Positions 30,767 through 40,809 of a stretch of DNA of 64,000 nt are shown here, one piece after another. The position numbers and the translations under genes were made by a program. The notes under the pieces are model-generated. The model had not been told where the DNA came from. It made no database searches and saw only the letters and a program-made list of their open reading frames with translations. This stretch comes from Spirochaetota bacterium (GTDB taxonomy: Bacteria > Spirochaetota > UBA4802 > UBA5550): assembly GCA_963664815.2 (NCBI GenBank), contig CAXXHB010000003.1, positions 2,624,001 to 2,688,000 of the forward strand. Reading direction: 5' to 3'. The first letter of the stretch is position 1. Each line of letters begins with the position of its first letter.

Positions 30767-32869
30767 ATGATAAAAAAAATTACCAGATTTACAAAAATAA
30801 TTATTATTTCATTAATACTAATTATTGCAGTATTGACAATATCGGTTGGTCTTATTTATTATTTTTACCCGGAAGAGTCAGCATTAAAACTGATTAAAAG
30901 CAGATCTGAGATTCTTCTCAACAGAAAAATTGATATAGGTTCTCTCCGCTATAGTCTTAAAGGAATTGTTATCTATAATGTTGCAATTTATGATAAAACT
31001 GAAAATAATCCCGGACCGGTACTAGTCAAAGCCGATGAAATAGTTATTACATTTTCATTATTATCAATTTTAAAGAAAGATTTCAGGATCAGGACACTTT
31101 ATTTCAGTGGACTTGAAATAAATACTGTTTTTGATAAAAATGGTAATAGTAATATTGAAAATCTACTCAAAGAACTGGAAGAAAAATCTGAAAAAAGCAA
31201 TGGAGATAATAATGTTCAGCTTTCAAAAATTATTTTCAACGAATGCCGATTAAAATTAACAAATCCTCCCGGATTTATTAAACCTCTGGAAGGTGAATAC
31301 CAATTCGATAGCACAATACGCATTAAAGAAAATAAAACTTTTATCATTACAGAAACAAAACTTATATTACCAATCAGACGCGGTATTCTCTACCCTGAAC
31401 TAAAAATCAGTAATTCTGAAAGATTTTACATCAGCGGAAGAATCAAACTTGAGAACGCATCTCTCGCATGGGTATATAAATTTGCGATAAGAGATCCACA
31501 TCTCCCTTTCGAGGTCGTAAACGGACAAGTCAATGATCTTGAAATTACAAAAGAATACATAAAGGGTCAGGCAAAAGCAACTTCAACTTTAAAAAACAGT
31601 AAAAGTTTTATTCTTGCAGACGGTTGGTGTACTGTCGAACTCAATGACCGTTCTGTCCACCTTAAAGATGTTAAAGGAAAGATAAATTCATCCTCTGCTA
31701 ATGTCGACAACATGCTCATTTCAAGTAAAGAGGGAAAAATAAAAAAATTCAGTTTTTCTAGTATTTCTTTCTATCTGAACGATCTGAGACATCTGCTCAA
31801 TTCAATTCCGGCAGGTCTATCAGGTTATGCGAAAGGTATATTCACTCTGGATGGAGGTTTTTTCAACGGAAAACTTGATATTTCAAATGTTTCATACAAA
31901 GACAAAACTGAAATTTTCAGCGGAATAAACACAACGGTAGATATTTATAATAATATCATAAAAAAAGAAAATATTCCGTTTACGCTTTTTGGAAATCAAT
32001 CAACACTATCAATTGCCACAACTGACAATAAATTTACAAATTTTTATTTATCAGTAAACACTGAAAAGGTTAATTTAAATAATATTAACCTCAAAGAAGG
32101 GAGAAGTGGAGGAGACAGTGGAGTTGATATTCCTATTAATATTACTGGTAAAGTTAATATAAACGAATTGCTATATAATGATCTTATCTTTAAAAACACA
32201 AGAGCCAACCTGACTGCTACAGGAAAAAGCATCAAAATCAACAATATGGATACATCAATTCTCAGTGGTCACATATCAGGTATTGGAACAATAGATATAT
32301 CTGAAGCAACCCCTTCAGTGCATACATCTCTTCGCTTTAACAACCTGAAGATACATGATATTAAATTTGAGAATAAAAAGCTTATTAACAGACTGTTCGG
32401 ATTTGCAGAGGGTACTGCAAATCTCAACCTTCAGATAAAAGAAAATGCTGCAGAAACAATAAGGGGTAACACGACATTCACAGTTACCAAAGGTAAAGTT
32501 GTAGATACAGGCGTTCAGGATGGACTTATCATTTTCCTCTCAGAGCTGAGATATAAACTTAAGGATCTTGAGTTTAATAAGATTTATGGAAATATCGATA
32601 TTTCAGGGAATAATTTTACTATCAACTCATTCATCTTCAACTCGGAGGATGTAAGGCTTTCTATGAACGGCAGTATTGATAAAGATCTGATTGCAAAGAA
32701 TATGGAACTCAAACTTGAGTTTAATAATCATTTTATAAAAGATGTTCCACGTCCTGCGGTAGCAGTATTTAATGAATACTCTGCAGGTAAATGGTATGTC
32801 ATTCCTTTCTCACTCAACGGAAACATTACTGAAAGTAAAAATCTTAAAATACTGAAAAAAAATCAATAA
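30767..32869 (+). CDS. AsmA-family membrane-anchored protein
   Basis: Single N-terminal TM, NGNSNI motif, long beta-rich body, AsmA-like C-terminus (IPFSLNGNI). Confidence 0.75.
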   Translation: MIKKITRFTKIIIISLILIIAVLTISVGLIYYFYPEESALKLIKSRSEILLNRKIDIGSLRYSLKGIVIYNVAIYDKTENNPGPVLVKADEIVITFSLLSILKKDFRIRTLYFSGLEINTVFDKNGNSNIENLLKELEEKSEKSNGDNNVQLSKIIFNECRLKLTNPPGFIKPLEGEYQFDSTIRIKENKTFIITETKLILPIRRGILYPELKISNSERFYISGRIKLENASLAWVYKFAIRDPHLPFEVVNGQVNDLEITKEYIKGQAKATSTLKNSKSFILADGWCTVELNDRSVHLKDVKGKINSSSANVDNMLISSKEGKIKKFSFSSISFYLNDLRHLLNSIPAGLSGYAKGIFTLDGGFFNGKLDISNVSYKDKTEIFSGINTTVDIYNNIIKKENIPFTLFGNQSTLSIATTDNKFTNFYLSVNTEKVNLNNINLKEGRSGGDSGVDIPINITGKVNINELLYNDLIFKNTRANLTATGKSIKINNMDTSILSGHISGIGTIDISEATPSVHTSLRFNNLKIHDIKFENKKLINRLFGFAEGTANLNLQIKENAAETIRGNTTFTVTKGKVVDTGVQDGLIIFLSELRYKLKDLEFNKIYGNIDISGNNFTINSFIFNSEDVRLSMNGSIDKDLIAKNMELKLEFNNHFIKDVPRPAVAVFNEYSAGKWYVIPFSLNGNITESKNLKILKKNQ

Positions 32870-33387
32870 CGCAAATCTGCAAAATCAACCCATCCACCTG
32901 CATTTACAAGTTCTTTATCAAAACCGGAAATATTAAAATTTACTGTTTCTGTCAACGTACCTGAATTAAAAACAAATTTGCTGTTTTTAAAGTCTGTTTT
33001 GACATATGTTTCTTTTCCGAAAAATTTATTGAAAACCATTTCAATTAAATCAACAGGGAGTTCAACTGCCATCATACCGCAATTATACATATTCTGGCGG
33101 AAAATCCTCGCGAAGTCGACGGCAATTACAAGGTTTATACCATTAACCTCCAGCGCCCATGGAGCATGTTCTCTTGATGAACCGCATCCGAAGTTTCCTC
33201 TGGTTACAATAACATTTGCAGCGTCAATATCTCTTTTATAATCAAATTTATCAATCTTCAAATCTTCAAGAAGATAAGGTTTCAATGCCTCTTTCGAATT
33301 TTCAGTAAGGTATTTGGCAGGAATAATCTCATCTGTATTTATATCTGACCTGTCAAGGAACAGAACTTTACCGTCAAAGCTTTTCAT
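32863..33387 (-). CDS. leuD: 3-isopropylmalate dehydratase small subunit
   Basis: DINTDEIIP, NFGCGSSREHA, FARIF. Confidence 0.92.
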   Translation of the reverse strand: MKSFDGKVLFLDRSDINTDEIIPAKYLTENSKEALKPYLLEDLKIDKFDYKRDIDAANVIVTRGNFGCGSSREHAPWALEVNGINLVIAVDFARIFRQNMYNCGMMAVELPVDLIEMVFNKFFGKETYVKTDFKNSKFVFNSGTLTETVNFNISGFDKELVNAGGWVDFADLRY

Positions 33388-33399
33388 TTTATATCCACC

Positions 33400-34689
33400 C
33401 TATTTTTCATTATACAACCCGGAGTTAACTATCTTTCCTGCCACAGCCGTTGCGGCAGCCGTTGCAGGGCTCATGAGATGAACTGTACCTCCCTGCCCCA
33501 TTCTTCCATTAAAATTCCTGTTTGTCGTAGAGGCGCAAACTTCACCAGGAGCAAGAACACCGTTACTCATACCAAGACATGCACCACACGTAGGATTTGT
33601 GACACAGAATCCTGCATCCAAAAATATATCAATTATCCCTTCTTCCATAGCCATTTTAAATATTTTCGGAGTAGCAGGAGATACAATTCCTCTCACATTA
33701 TCATTTATTCTTTTCCCTTTAAGGATAGATGATGCGACTCTGAGATCCTCAATTCGTCCGTTAGTACATGAACCTATATAAACCTGATCAACCGTAGTTC
33801 CGGCCAGTTCTCTTACAGGCTTGACTTCGTCTGGTTTAAATCCATATGTAACCATGGGCTCAAGGACGTTAACATCAATATTAATGATGCTGTCGTAAGT
33901 TGCATCTACATCGGATATCCATTTTCGGTATTCATAGAGAGCATCATCTTTTGATTTGTAATCATTTTTAATGTGTTCCCACAGATATTCAACTGTTGCC
34001 ATATCAGGATAACAGACACCACTTGTACCACCGGCCTCAATTGCCATATTGCACAGAGTCATTCTGGACTCCATAGTCATTGAATCAATAGCTGGACCTG
34101 TGAACTCCATGATTTTATTCGTTGCGCCGTTTACTCCTATCTTTCCTATTATATAAAGGATAATGTCCTTTGCAAAAACTCCGCTCCTCAGTTTTCCTGT
34201 TAGATTGAACTTTATTGTTTCAGGCTTTTTAAATGTACATACTCCTTTAAGGATTCCGACTTCAAGATCAGTAGTCCCTACACCTGCAGCAAATGCGCCG
34301 AATGCACCATGAGTGCATGTATGTGAATCACCCATTATTATCGTATAACCTGGTCTGGTAAATCCTTTTTCCGGAAAGATTGCATGACATACACCATTAT
34401 TCCCTACATCAAAAAAATCTTTTATTTTATTCCGTTTTGCCCAGTCTCTTAATGTTTTGGCCTGGATTGCCGTTTTTGTATCTTTAGAGGGTGTAACATG
34501 ATCAATAACCACTTTAATTTTTAAGGGATCAAAAACCCGATCTTTACCTCGGGCTATAAGATCATTTATGGCAATCGGAGTTGTTATCTCATGGCAAAAT
34601 ACTGCATCAAGCTTCAAAACACTTATACCACCTGAAAGCTCATCAACTCTGTGTGCATCAAATATTTTTTCAGTTATGGTTTTTCCCAT
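33400..34689 (-). CDS. leuC: 3-isopropylmalate dehydratase large subunit (short type)
   Basis: DSHTCTHGA, IGSCTNGR, CGACLG, STTNRNF.GRMG. Confidence 0.92.
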   Translation of the reverse strand: MGKTITEKIFDAHRVDELSGGISVLKLDAVFCHEITTPIAINDLIARGKDRVFDPLKIKVVIDHVTPSKDTKTAIQAKTLRDWAKRNKIKDFFDVGNNGVCHAIFPEKGFTRPGYTIIMGDSHTCTHGAFGAFAAGVGTTDLEVGILKGVCTFKKPETIKFNLTGKLRSGVFAKDIILYIIGKIGVNGATNKIMEFTGPAIDSMTMESRMTLCNMAIEAGGTSGVCYPDMATVEYLWEHIKNDYKSKDDALYEYRKWISDVDATYDSIINIDVNVLEPMVTYGFKPDEVKPVRELAGTTVDQVYIGSCTNGRIEDLRVASSILKGKRINDNVRGIVSPATPKIFKMAMEEGIIDIFLDAGFCVTNPTCGACLGMSNGVLAPGEVCASTTNRNFNGRMGQGGTVHLMSPATAAATAVAGKIVNSGLYNEK

Positions 34690-34893
34690 ATATTTATCCT
34701 CATGTATTTTTGCCGCGATTATTCTATAATGTATCTATTCATAAAACTAAATTTAATCAATGTTTATTTCTCAATATATACTTAGTATCAAATAAACAAC
34801 TATATCTCTCCGCCGTAGATGTTAGTGGAGAGAATAGAGCTTCAATTATTATAAAAAAACAGGTAGTTTTATGTTCTTTAAAAATCAAGCTTT

Positions 34894-37371
34894 TTATACT
34901 TTAACAATTAGGTTATCTTCTTTCTTATCAATTAATTCATCAACATCATCCTGTTTAAGCGACAACAGGTGAATCTGCCCCTTTTTAAGAAAAACTTTTA
35001 TTGTAGCTCCATCTGAAATTTTATCTTTCAATATTTTTTCTGCAACACGGTCTTCGACTTCCCGTTGAATAACTCTTCTTAAATTTCTTGCACCGGTTTT
35101 CGGATCAAACCCTTTATCAATAAGATACTTCTTCACTGGCTTCTGAAGCATAAGCTCAATACCACAATGTTCCAGTTTTCTCGAGACCTCGTTAATCATG
35201 ATATCAATAATTTTTGCAAGATGCTCAATTTCAAGCTTGTTAAAAACAACAATTTCATCAACCCTGTTTAAAAATTCCGGAGAGAAACTTTTCTTTAATA
35301 CAGCATCGATTCTGTCACTGTTAAAATTTCCTCCGCTTAGTTTATTAAAACCGAGTGATCCTATATTGTCAATATAGCTGTTTCCGATATTCGAAGTCAT
35401 GATAATAACAGTATCTCTGAAACTCACAGTAATACCGGAGGAATCTGTCAGTTCTCCTTCATCAAGAACCTGTAAAAGTATATTAAATATATCAGGGTGA
35501 GCTTTTTCTATCTCATCCAGGAGTACTACAGAATAAGGTTTTCTTCTCACTTTTTCAGTTAACTGTCCACCCTCTTCATAGCCGATATATCCGGGTGGTG
35601 AACCTATAAGTCTTGAAACAGAATGCTTCTCCATAAATTCCGACATATCAAGCCTTATTAAACTTTTTTCATCACCAAAAAGAAACTCTGCCAGAGCCCT
35701 GCCGAGCTCTGTTTTACCAACACCGGTAGGGCCCAAAAAAATAAACGAGCCATTAGGTCTATCCTCACCTCCAAGGCCTATTCTTGATCTTCGGATTGAA
35801 CGACTTACTATATCTATAGCCTCTTTCTGCCCGATAACCCGTCTATTCAGAAACTCCTCCATACGAAGCAGTTTATCCGACTCGTCCTCTTCAATATTTT
35901 CAACAGGAATACCTGTCATCTCTGCAACGACTTTTGCAATAAGAGACGGCTTTACAAGAACTTCGTACTTATTTACCCTGTTCAGCCATTCTGATGTTAT
36001 TGCTTCTATTCTTTCTTTTTTCTCAGCTATAATATCCCTGATTCTTGCCGCCTGTTCATATTCCTGTGCCTGAACAAGCTCTATTTTATTTTCATTTAAA
36101 CGGGCAATTTCATTTTCAAGTTCTGAAATCTCTACAGGTTTTTCAAGATTTTCAAATCTTGCCATAGCCCCGGCCTCATCAATAATGTCTATGGCCTTAT
36201 CAGGAAAAAACCGGTCATTTACATACCTGTCAGAAAGATATACAGCCTCTTCAAGAGATTCCTCGGAAAATATAACTTTATGGTACTTTTCATAGCTTGT
36301 CTTAAGACCTTTGAGTATATTAAGGGTCTCCTCTGTATCAGGTTCATCAATAATTATATTCTGGAAACGTCTTACAAGAGCGCTGTCTTTTTCAATATAC
36401 ATTTTATATTCCGTGAGTGTCGTCGCACCGATGCACTGAAGCTCACCTCTTGCAAGCGCCGGCTTCAATATATTTGCCGCATCTATTGCCCCTTCTGCGG
36501 CCCCGGCTCCTGTGATGGCATGAATTTCATCTATGAATATAATCAGTTTTTCACGTCTGGATATTTCAGTAACAATTTTTTTCAGACGCTCTTCAAATTC
36601 ACCACGGTATTTGGTTCCGGCAACAATTGCCGACAAATCAAGAGTAAGAAGCTTATAATCATAAAGACTTTCCGGCACATCCTTATTAATAATCTTCTGT
36701 GCCAATCCTTCAACAATGGCTGTTTTCCCAACGCCTGCCTCACCGATCAGTATGGGATTATTCTTTCTTTTTCTGGAGAGTATTCTTATCACCCTTGAAA
36801 TTTCCACGTCCCTTCCTATTACAGGATCAAGCTGGCCTGCTGATGCAAGCGCCGTAAGATCGGTAGCAAACTCTTCCAGCGATGAAGTTTTTGTTTCACT
36901 TTTTGCAGGAAGTGTTTTCGGAATGGATCTGATCCCCAGAACACGAAGGATTTCTTCTTTTACTATATCATATGTTATACCACCCTTCTCAAGCTCAGAC
37001 AGTCCTCCGCACGAACCATCTTTAAAAACGGCTAATAGAATATGTTCTGTTCCAATATATGAATTTTTAAGATTTTTTGCCTCTTCTCGCGACAATTCTA
37101 TAACATTTTTAAATCCCTGATTTACCGGGATTTTACCAATTTCAACAGTATTCATTGAAGGTTTTAAGCTTCTCTCCAGAAGTAGTATTACTCTCTCAAA
37201 ATTCACCCCGAGATTTTTAAGAATTCTTGAAGCTACAGAATCATCATCCTTCAGAAGAGAAATCATTATATGTTCCGGTCCAAGTACCTCGGAGTTCATT
37301 CTCTTTCCCTCGTTCTGGGAGGAAAGTTCAATTATTTTTTTTGATTTTTTTGTAAACTCAAACATGCACAT
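34894..37371 (-). CDS. clpC: ATP-dependent Clp protease ATPase ClpC
   Basis: Clp-N repeats, GEAGVGKT, UVR domain (QEYEQAARIRD), GPTGVGKT, DEIEKAH, LGF loop. Confidence 0.95.
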   Translation of the reverse strand: MCMFEFTKKSKKIIELSSQNEGKRMNSEVLGPEHIMISLLKDDDSVASRILKNLGVNFERVILLLERSLKPSMNTVEIGKIPVNQGFKNVIELSREEAKNLKNSYIGTEHILLAVFKDGSCGGLSELEKGGITYDIVKEEILRVLGIRSIPKTLPAKSETKTSSLEEFATDLTALASAGQLDPVIGRDVEISRVIRILSRKRKNNPILIGEAGVGKTAIVEGLAQKIINKDVPESLYDYKLLTLDLSAIVAGTKYRGEFEERLKKIVTEISRREKLIIFIDEIHAITGAGAAEGAIDAANILKPALARGELQCIGATTLTEYKMYIEKDSALVRRFQNIIIDEPDTEETLNILKGLKTSYEKYHKVIFSEESLEEAVYLSDRYVNDRFFPDKAIDIIDEAGAMARFENLEKPVEISELENEIARLNENKIELVQAQEYEQAARIRDIIAEKKERIEAITSEWLNRVNKYEVLVKPSLIAKVVAEMTGIPVENIEEDESDKLLRMEEFLNRRVIGQKEAIDIVSRSIRRSRIGLGGEDRPNGSFIFLGPTGVGKTELGRALAEFLFGDEKSLIRLDMSEFMEKHSVSRLIGSPPGYIGYEEGGQLTEKVRRKPYSVVLLDEIEKAHPDIFNILLQVLDEGELTDSSGITVSFRDTVIIMTSNIGNSYIDNIGSLGFNKLSGGNFNSDRIDAVLKKSFSPEFLNRVDEIVVFNKLEIEHLAKIIDIMINEVSRKLEHCGIELMLQKPVKKYLIDKGFDPKTGARNLRRVIQREVEDRVAEKILKDKISDGATIKVFLKKGQIHLLSLKQDDVDELIDKKEDNLIVKV

Positions 37372-38428
37372 CTCCGTTGTTTTTTAATTCATTCCTTAAA
37401 AATACTGCCCGGTAATCATCACTGTCAATAATGCTTTTAAATCTAAGCCCGAAATGCTCCTGGAGGTGAGCCCATTGAATTTTTACCATAAGATCATTTA
37501 TTGTATCTATATTATAATTTTTTATTATCGACATCACAACTCCGAGCCTTATTCGAGAAAGATGTTCAACTGCTTCCACATAATTCAGCCTCCTGGCATA
37601 AAGAAGTATTCCAAGAGATCTCCAGACGCTGTCCTCCAGTTCATTTCTTGAAACTGTAAAAAATTCATCTCTTGCATCATCTTCAAGTTTAATAATTCTG
37701 TTTATTATGTCATCGGCTGTTTCAATAAGATCAATCTCGCTCATGCCAAGATACTTTCTGTTGTTTACAAGATAAAGCCCCCCTGTCACTCTTCCAGTGT
37801 TCCCGAGTGTTCCTGATATCTGAAAACCATTATCCCGAATATAATGAATTGATTCCCCTATTCTTTTCTGTGTTGTAAGTACTGGAAGATGCAGTATTAC
37901 GGACACCTTAAGCCCTGTCCCAAGGTTTGCCGGATCAGAGGTCAAATACCCGTAATTTTCTGAAAAAGCATATTTTACAACCCTGTTTAAAGCATCATCT
38001 ATCGTATCAGCATCTTTGTATGTATCATAGAGTTGAAAACCCGGGCGGATAACCTGTATCCTGAAGTGATCTGAATCATTTACAAGAATTGTAAAATCAT
38101 CAACATTATTAATTAATACAAGACTCTTGTCAGAGTTTTCCATTTCACTTGTAATAATATTTTTCTCAAGAAGAAGACGTTTTTCATGCAGATCAAGTTC
38201 ATTTATATTAAAACAGCTTGTATTTTCACCAGTTTGAGTTTGAGAAATGAAACATTTTGTAATTCCTTTAATTGTATCAAAATCGCTTTCATTCATTGAT
38301 TCAACAAACGGTATAAATCCTATATTCCTGCCCAGTCTTATCCTCGTAGAAAGAACAATATCATTTCTCGGGCCTTTCTGTTTCCAGAAACTCTTTCTGT
38401 TATTTATTATTTCCTGTAGTCCTAACAT
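37358..38428 (-). CDS. mcsB: McsB-family ATP:guanido phosphotransferase (catalytic residues replaced)
   Basis: STRIRLGRN, DHFRIQ, GYLT..PANLGTG...HLP; lies between mcsA and clpC. Confidence 0.9.
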   Translation of the reverse strand: MLGLQEIINNRKSFWKQKGPRNDIVLSTRIRLGRNIGFIPFVESMNESDFDTIKGITKCFISQTQTGENTSCFNINELDLHEKRLLLEKNIITSEMENSDKSLVLINNVDDFTILVNDSDHFRIQVIRPGFQLYDTYKDADTIDDALNRVVKYAFSENYGYLTSDPANLGTGLKVSVILHLPVLTTQKRIGESIHYIRDNGFQISGTLGNTGRVTGGLYLVNNRKYLGMSEIDLIETADDIINRIIKLEDDARDEFFTVSRNELEDSVWRSLGILLYARRLNYVEAVEHLSRIRLGVVMSIIKNYNIDTINDLMVKIQWAHLQEHFGLRFKSIIDSDDYRAVFLRNELKNNGDVHV

Positions 38429-38438
38429 GCACCCTCAA

Positions 38439-38969
38439 TCACTTCTGTTTTAAAGTAAAATTAATATCTCTTATCTTATCACGTAATATAGCCGCTTCTT
38501 CATACCTCTCTTCATTTACTGCAATATCAAGCTGTGCTTTGTAATCAGTAATGTTGTCCGAAAAATGATTATTCATCATATGACTTTTTTTTGTAGAATC
38601 TGCTTCTCCATTATGTACCGGGAATTTACCAATATGACGATTATCCCCATGATAACCTGTGAGAACCGGTTCGATAAATTCTGCAAGATTATTATAGCAT
38701 TCCGGGCATCCCAACCTGCCGTCCCTTTTATAATAAAAAAAATCCGACCCGCAGAGTGAACAGATTTTTTCATTCTTATAATCCGCAACTTCATCAACAT
38801 TCAGAAATGTAAGCATCTCAGGAAGAGAAAGTGAAAAATTTGATATTTTAGTATTCAATCCAACTTCCCGTGCACAACCCTCGCAGAGATGAACCTCGGA
38901 TTTCATATCCTTAATAACTTCCGATAAATGAATTGTAGCTTCATTTTTTTTACATTTTTCACAAAACAT
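38439..38969 (-). CDS. mcsA: McsA (CxxC zinc fingers plus UVR domain)
   Basis: MFCEKC..NEATIH, LCEGCA, CSLCG, GRLGCPECY, HIGKFP, EERYEEAAILRD; start may be 38981. Confidence 0.93.
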   Translation of the reverse strand: MFCEKCKKNEATIHLSEVIKDMKSEVHLCEGCAREVGLNTKISNFSLSLPEMLTFLNVDEVADYKNEKICSLCGSDFFYYKRDGRLGCPECYNNLAEFIEPVLTGYHGDNRHIGKFPVHNGEADSTKKSHMMNNHFSDNITDYKAQLDIAVNEERYEEAAILRDKIRDINFTLKQK

Positions 38970-39114
38970 ATTTTTTACCATTTTAACTGTTATTCTCTTT
39001 AACAGAAATAATATACTCACGTTCCTGTTAAATATTTATTTCCTGTTTACATACTATTCCTCACAGCATTTATGTAAACTATATTTTACCTGCTTTTTCT
39101 ACCAGTATGTTCTG

Positions 39115-40152
39115 TCATTCATTCGTTGAATCTTCAAACTTCTTACAGTTATCAAACAGAAAACCGCAACTGATTACCTGTAATATCACATCTTCCAATG
39201 TATATACAAAATCAGACTCATCTTTTCTATAAGAACCAGTATGCATGAGCATTATAATTCCGTGATATTGTGTACTCTTTTTTCTGATATTGTTATAATT
39301 AATTCCACTGGCCGACATACTGTTTATGCTATTGGTACCCATATTTTTTCTGAAAAGCTTAATAAACTTTTCATTACTAAGATATGCTCTTTCACCTTTG
39401 GATATCCAGTCTTTTGAATACAATGATACATCAATATGACGATAACCGAGTTTTCTGGCTGATTTAAGCATCCATGGTCTGCTTACATGACAAAGATACG
39501 GCGCTCGCCAGATTCTTGTAATCTCTCTTCCTGTTATACGCCTGTATGCATCTTCTGTTTCAGAAAGTTCATCAATCAGAAACTGTTCATTTTTATAATT
39601 ATTAAGATGATTGAATGTATGATTTCCTATAACATGTCCTTCTGCCAGAATTCTTTTTACATCTGAAGAATATCTGCATAAAAATTTTCCTGTTATAAAA
39701 AATGTAGCAGTAATCCTGTATTTTTTCAATGTTTTAAGTATGTAATCAATGTTTGCATCATCATCACCCGCATCAAAAGTAAGAAAGAAGTTTCTTTTCT
39801 TTTCAGGATATTTAAATATATTATCTTTAAAAAGGTTTGAATTTCTGCATCTAAGATCATTATTTATATAGTTTACATTTACACCTCTTTCTATTAAATA
39901 TTGCACTATTTCTTTCCTGTTAAAATAAGCTGCAATACAAATAGGAGTAGCAGACTGATCATTCTCTGAATTTATATCAGCACCCTTATCTATCAATTTT
40001 TTAACAAGAGAAAAATCTCCGGCTAAAACAGCTTCATGAAGAAGCGTATTTCCATTGATGCCCCTCTGTTTTATATTGTACGAACTGCATGAAAATAATA
40101 TCCCTGAAACGAAAAGGATCTTTACCGTGACAAATAAAACTCTCTTAATCAT
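39115..40152 (-). CDS. Lipoprotein: ankyrin repeats fused to polysaccharide deacetylase (CE4)
   Basis: Lipobox-like ILFSC; GNTLLHEAV...GADIN and TPICIAA ankyrin repeats; TFDAG, NHTFNH, RAPY, DW, LMH. Confidence 0.82.
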   Translation of the reverse strand: MIKRVLFVTVKILFVSGILFSCSSYNIKQRGINGNTLLHEAVLAGDFSLVKKLIDKGADINSENDQSATPICIAAYFNRKEIVQYLIERGVNVNYINNDLRCRNSNLFKDNIFKYPEKKRNFFLTFDAGDDDANIDYILKTLKKYRITATFFITGKFLCRYSSDVKRILAEGHVIGNHTFNHLNNYKNEQFLIDELSETEDAYRRITGREITRIWRAPYLCHVSRPWMLKSARKLGYRHIDVSLYSKDWISKGERAYLSNEKFIKLFRKNMGTNSINSMSASGINYNNIRKKSTQYHGIIMLMHTGSYRKDESDFVYTLEDVILQVISCGFLFDNCKKFEDSTNE

Positions 40153-40238
40153 TGCCGCTATAAATTCCTCATTTTTATCAGGATATTGCATTTTAAAATC
40201 ATACATATTTATTAACCAGCTTAATCGGCCAGATTTCA

Positions 40239-40277
40239 TTCTAATTTTCAGATGATCTCATCATCTGAAAATTAGAA
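40239..40277. repeat. Perfect 18-bp inverted repeat, 3-nt loop
   Basis: TTCTAATTTTCAGATGAT-CTC-ATCATCTGAAAATTAGAA. Confidence 0.9.
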
Positions 40278-40453
40278 GTTGATAAGATGTTATCCCATAG
40301 TCACATAAACTGTAATAACATCCTTATTATCATTATCGGCATAAATATTTCACGATTATTCTTTTAATAATCATTTATACAGTTTATTCAAAACGAAAAA
40401 AAATTGACATAACCCATTGAAAAAAGAATATGTTCCGATGCTGGAGAAAAAAC

Positions 40454-40765
40454 ATGGATAATTATACTGACCCGATTATAATAGATGAGAAACAATGTAA
40501 CGGATGTATGAGGTGTACTTTTATCTGTTCAATGGGAGTAATTGAAATACGGGAGAAATCTGACAACAATAAAGGAAAAACTGCTTTTGTTTCCAAGCCT
40601 GAATACTGCATGTACTGCGAAGCATGTGTAATTGACTGTAAAAACGGGGCTATAAGGCTTAATCCTCATTCTGGAAGTTTAAATATAGAAAAAATATCAG
40701 ACAGGCTGATTAAAAATAAGAAAAGCAGATTTAAACTATTCAGAAAAAAAGAATTAGAAAAATGA
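40454..40765 (+). CDS. 2x[4Fe-4S] ferredoxin-like protein with basic C-terminal tail
   Basis: CNGCMRCTFICS, CMYCEACVIDCK; GGAG RBS before MDNY. Confidence 0.88.
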   Translation: MDNYTDPIIIDEKQCNGCMRCTFICSMGVIEIREKSDNNKGKTAFVSKPEYCMYCEACVIDCKNGAIRLNPHSGSLNIEKISDRLIKNKKSRFKLFRKKELEK

Positions 40766-40809
40766 ATGCTTCAATCCTGATTAATCATGTTTTGTGGTGT
40801 TACCGACTC

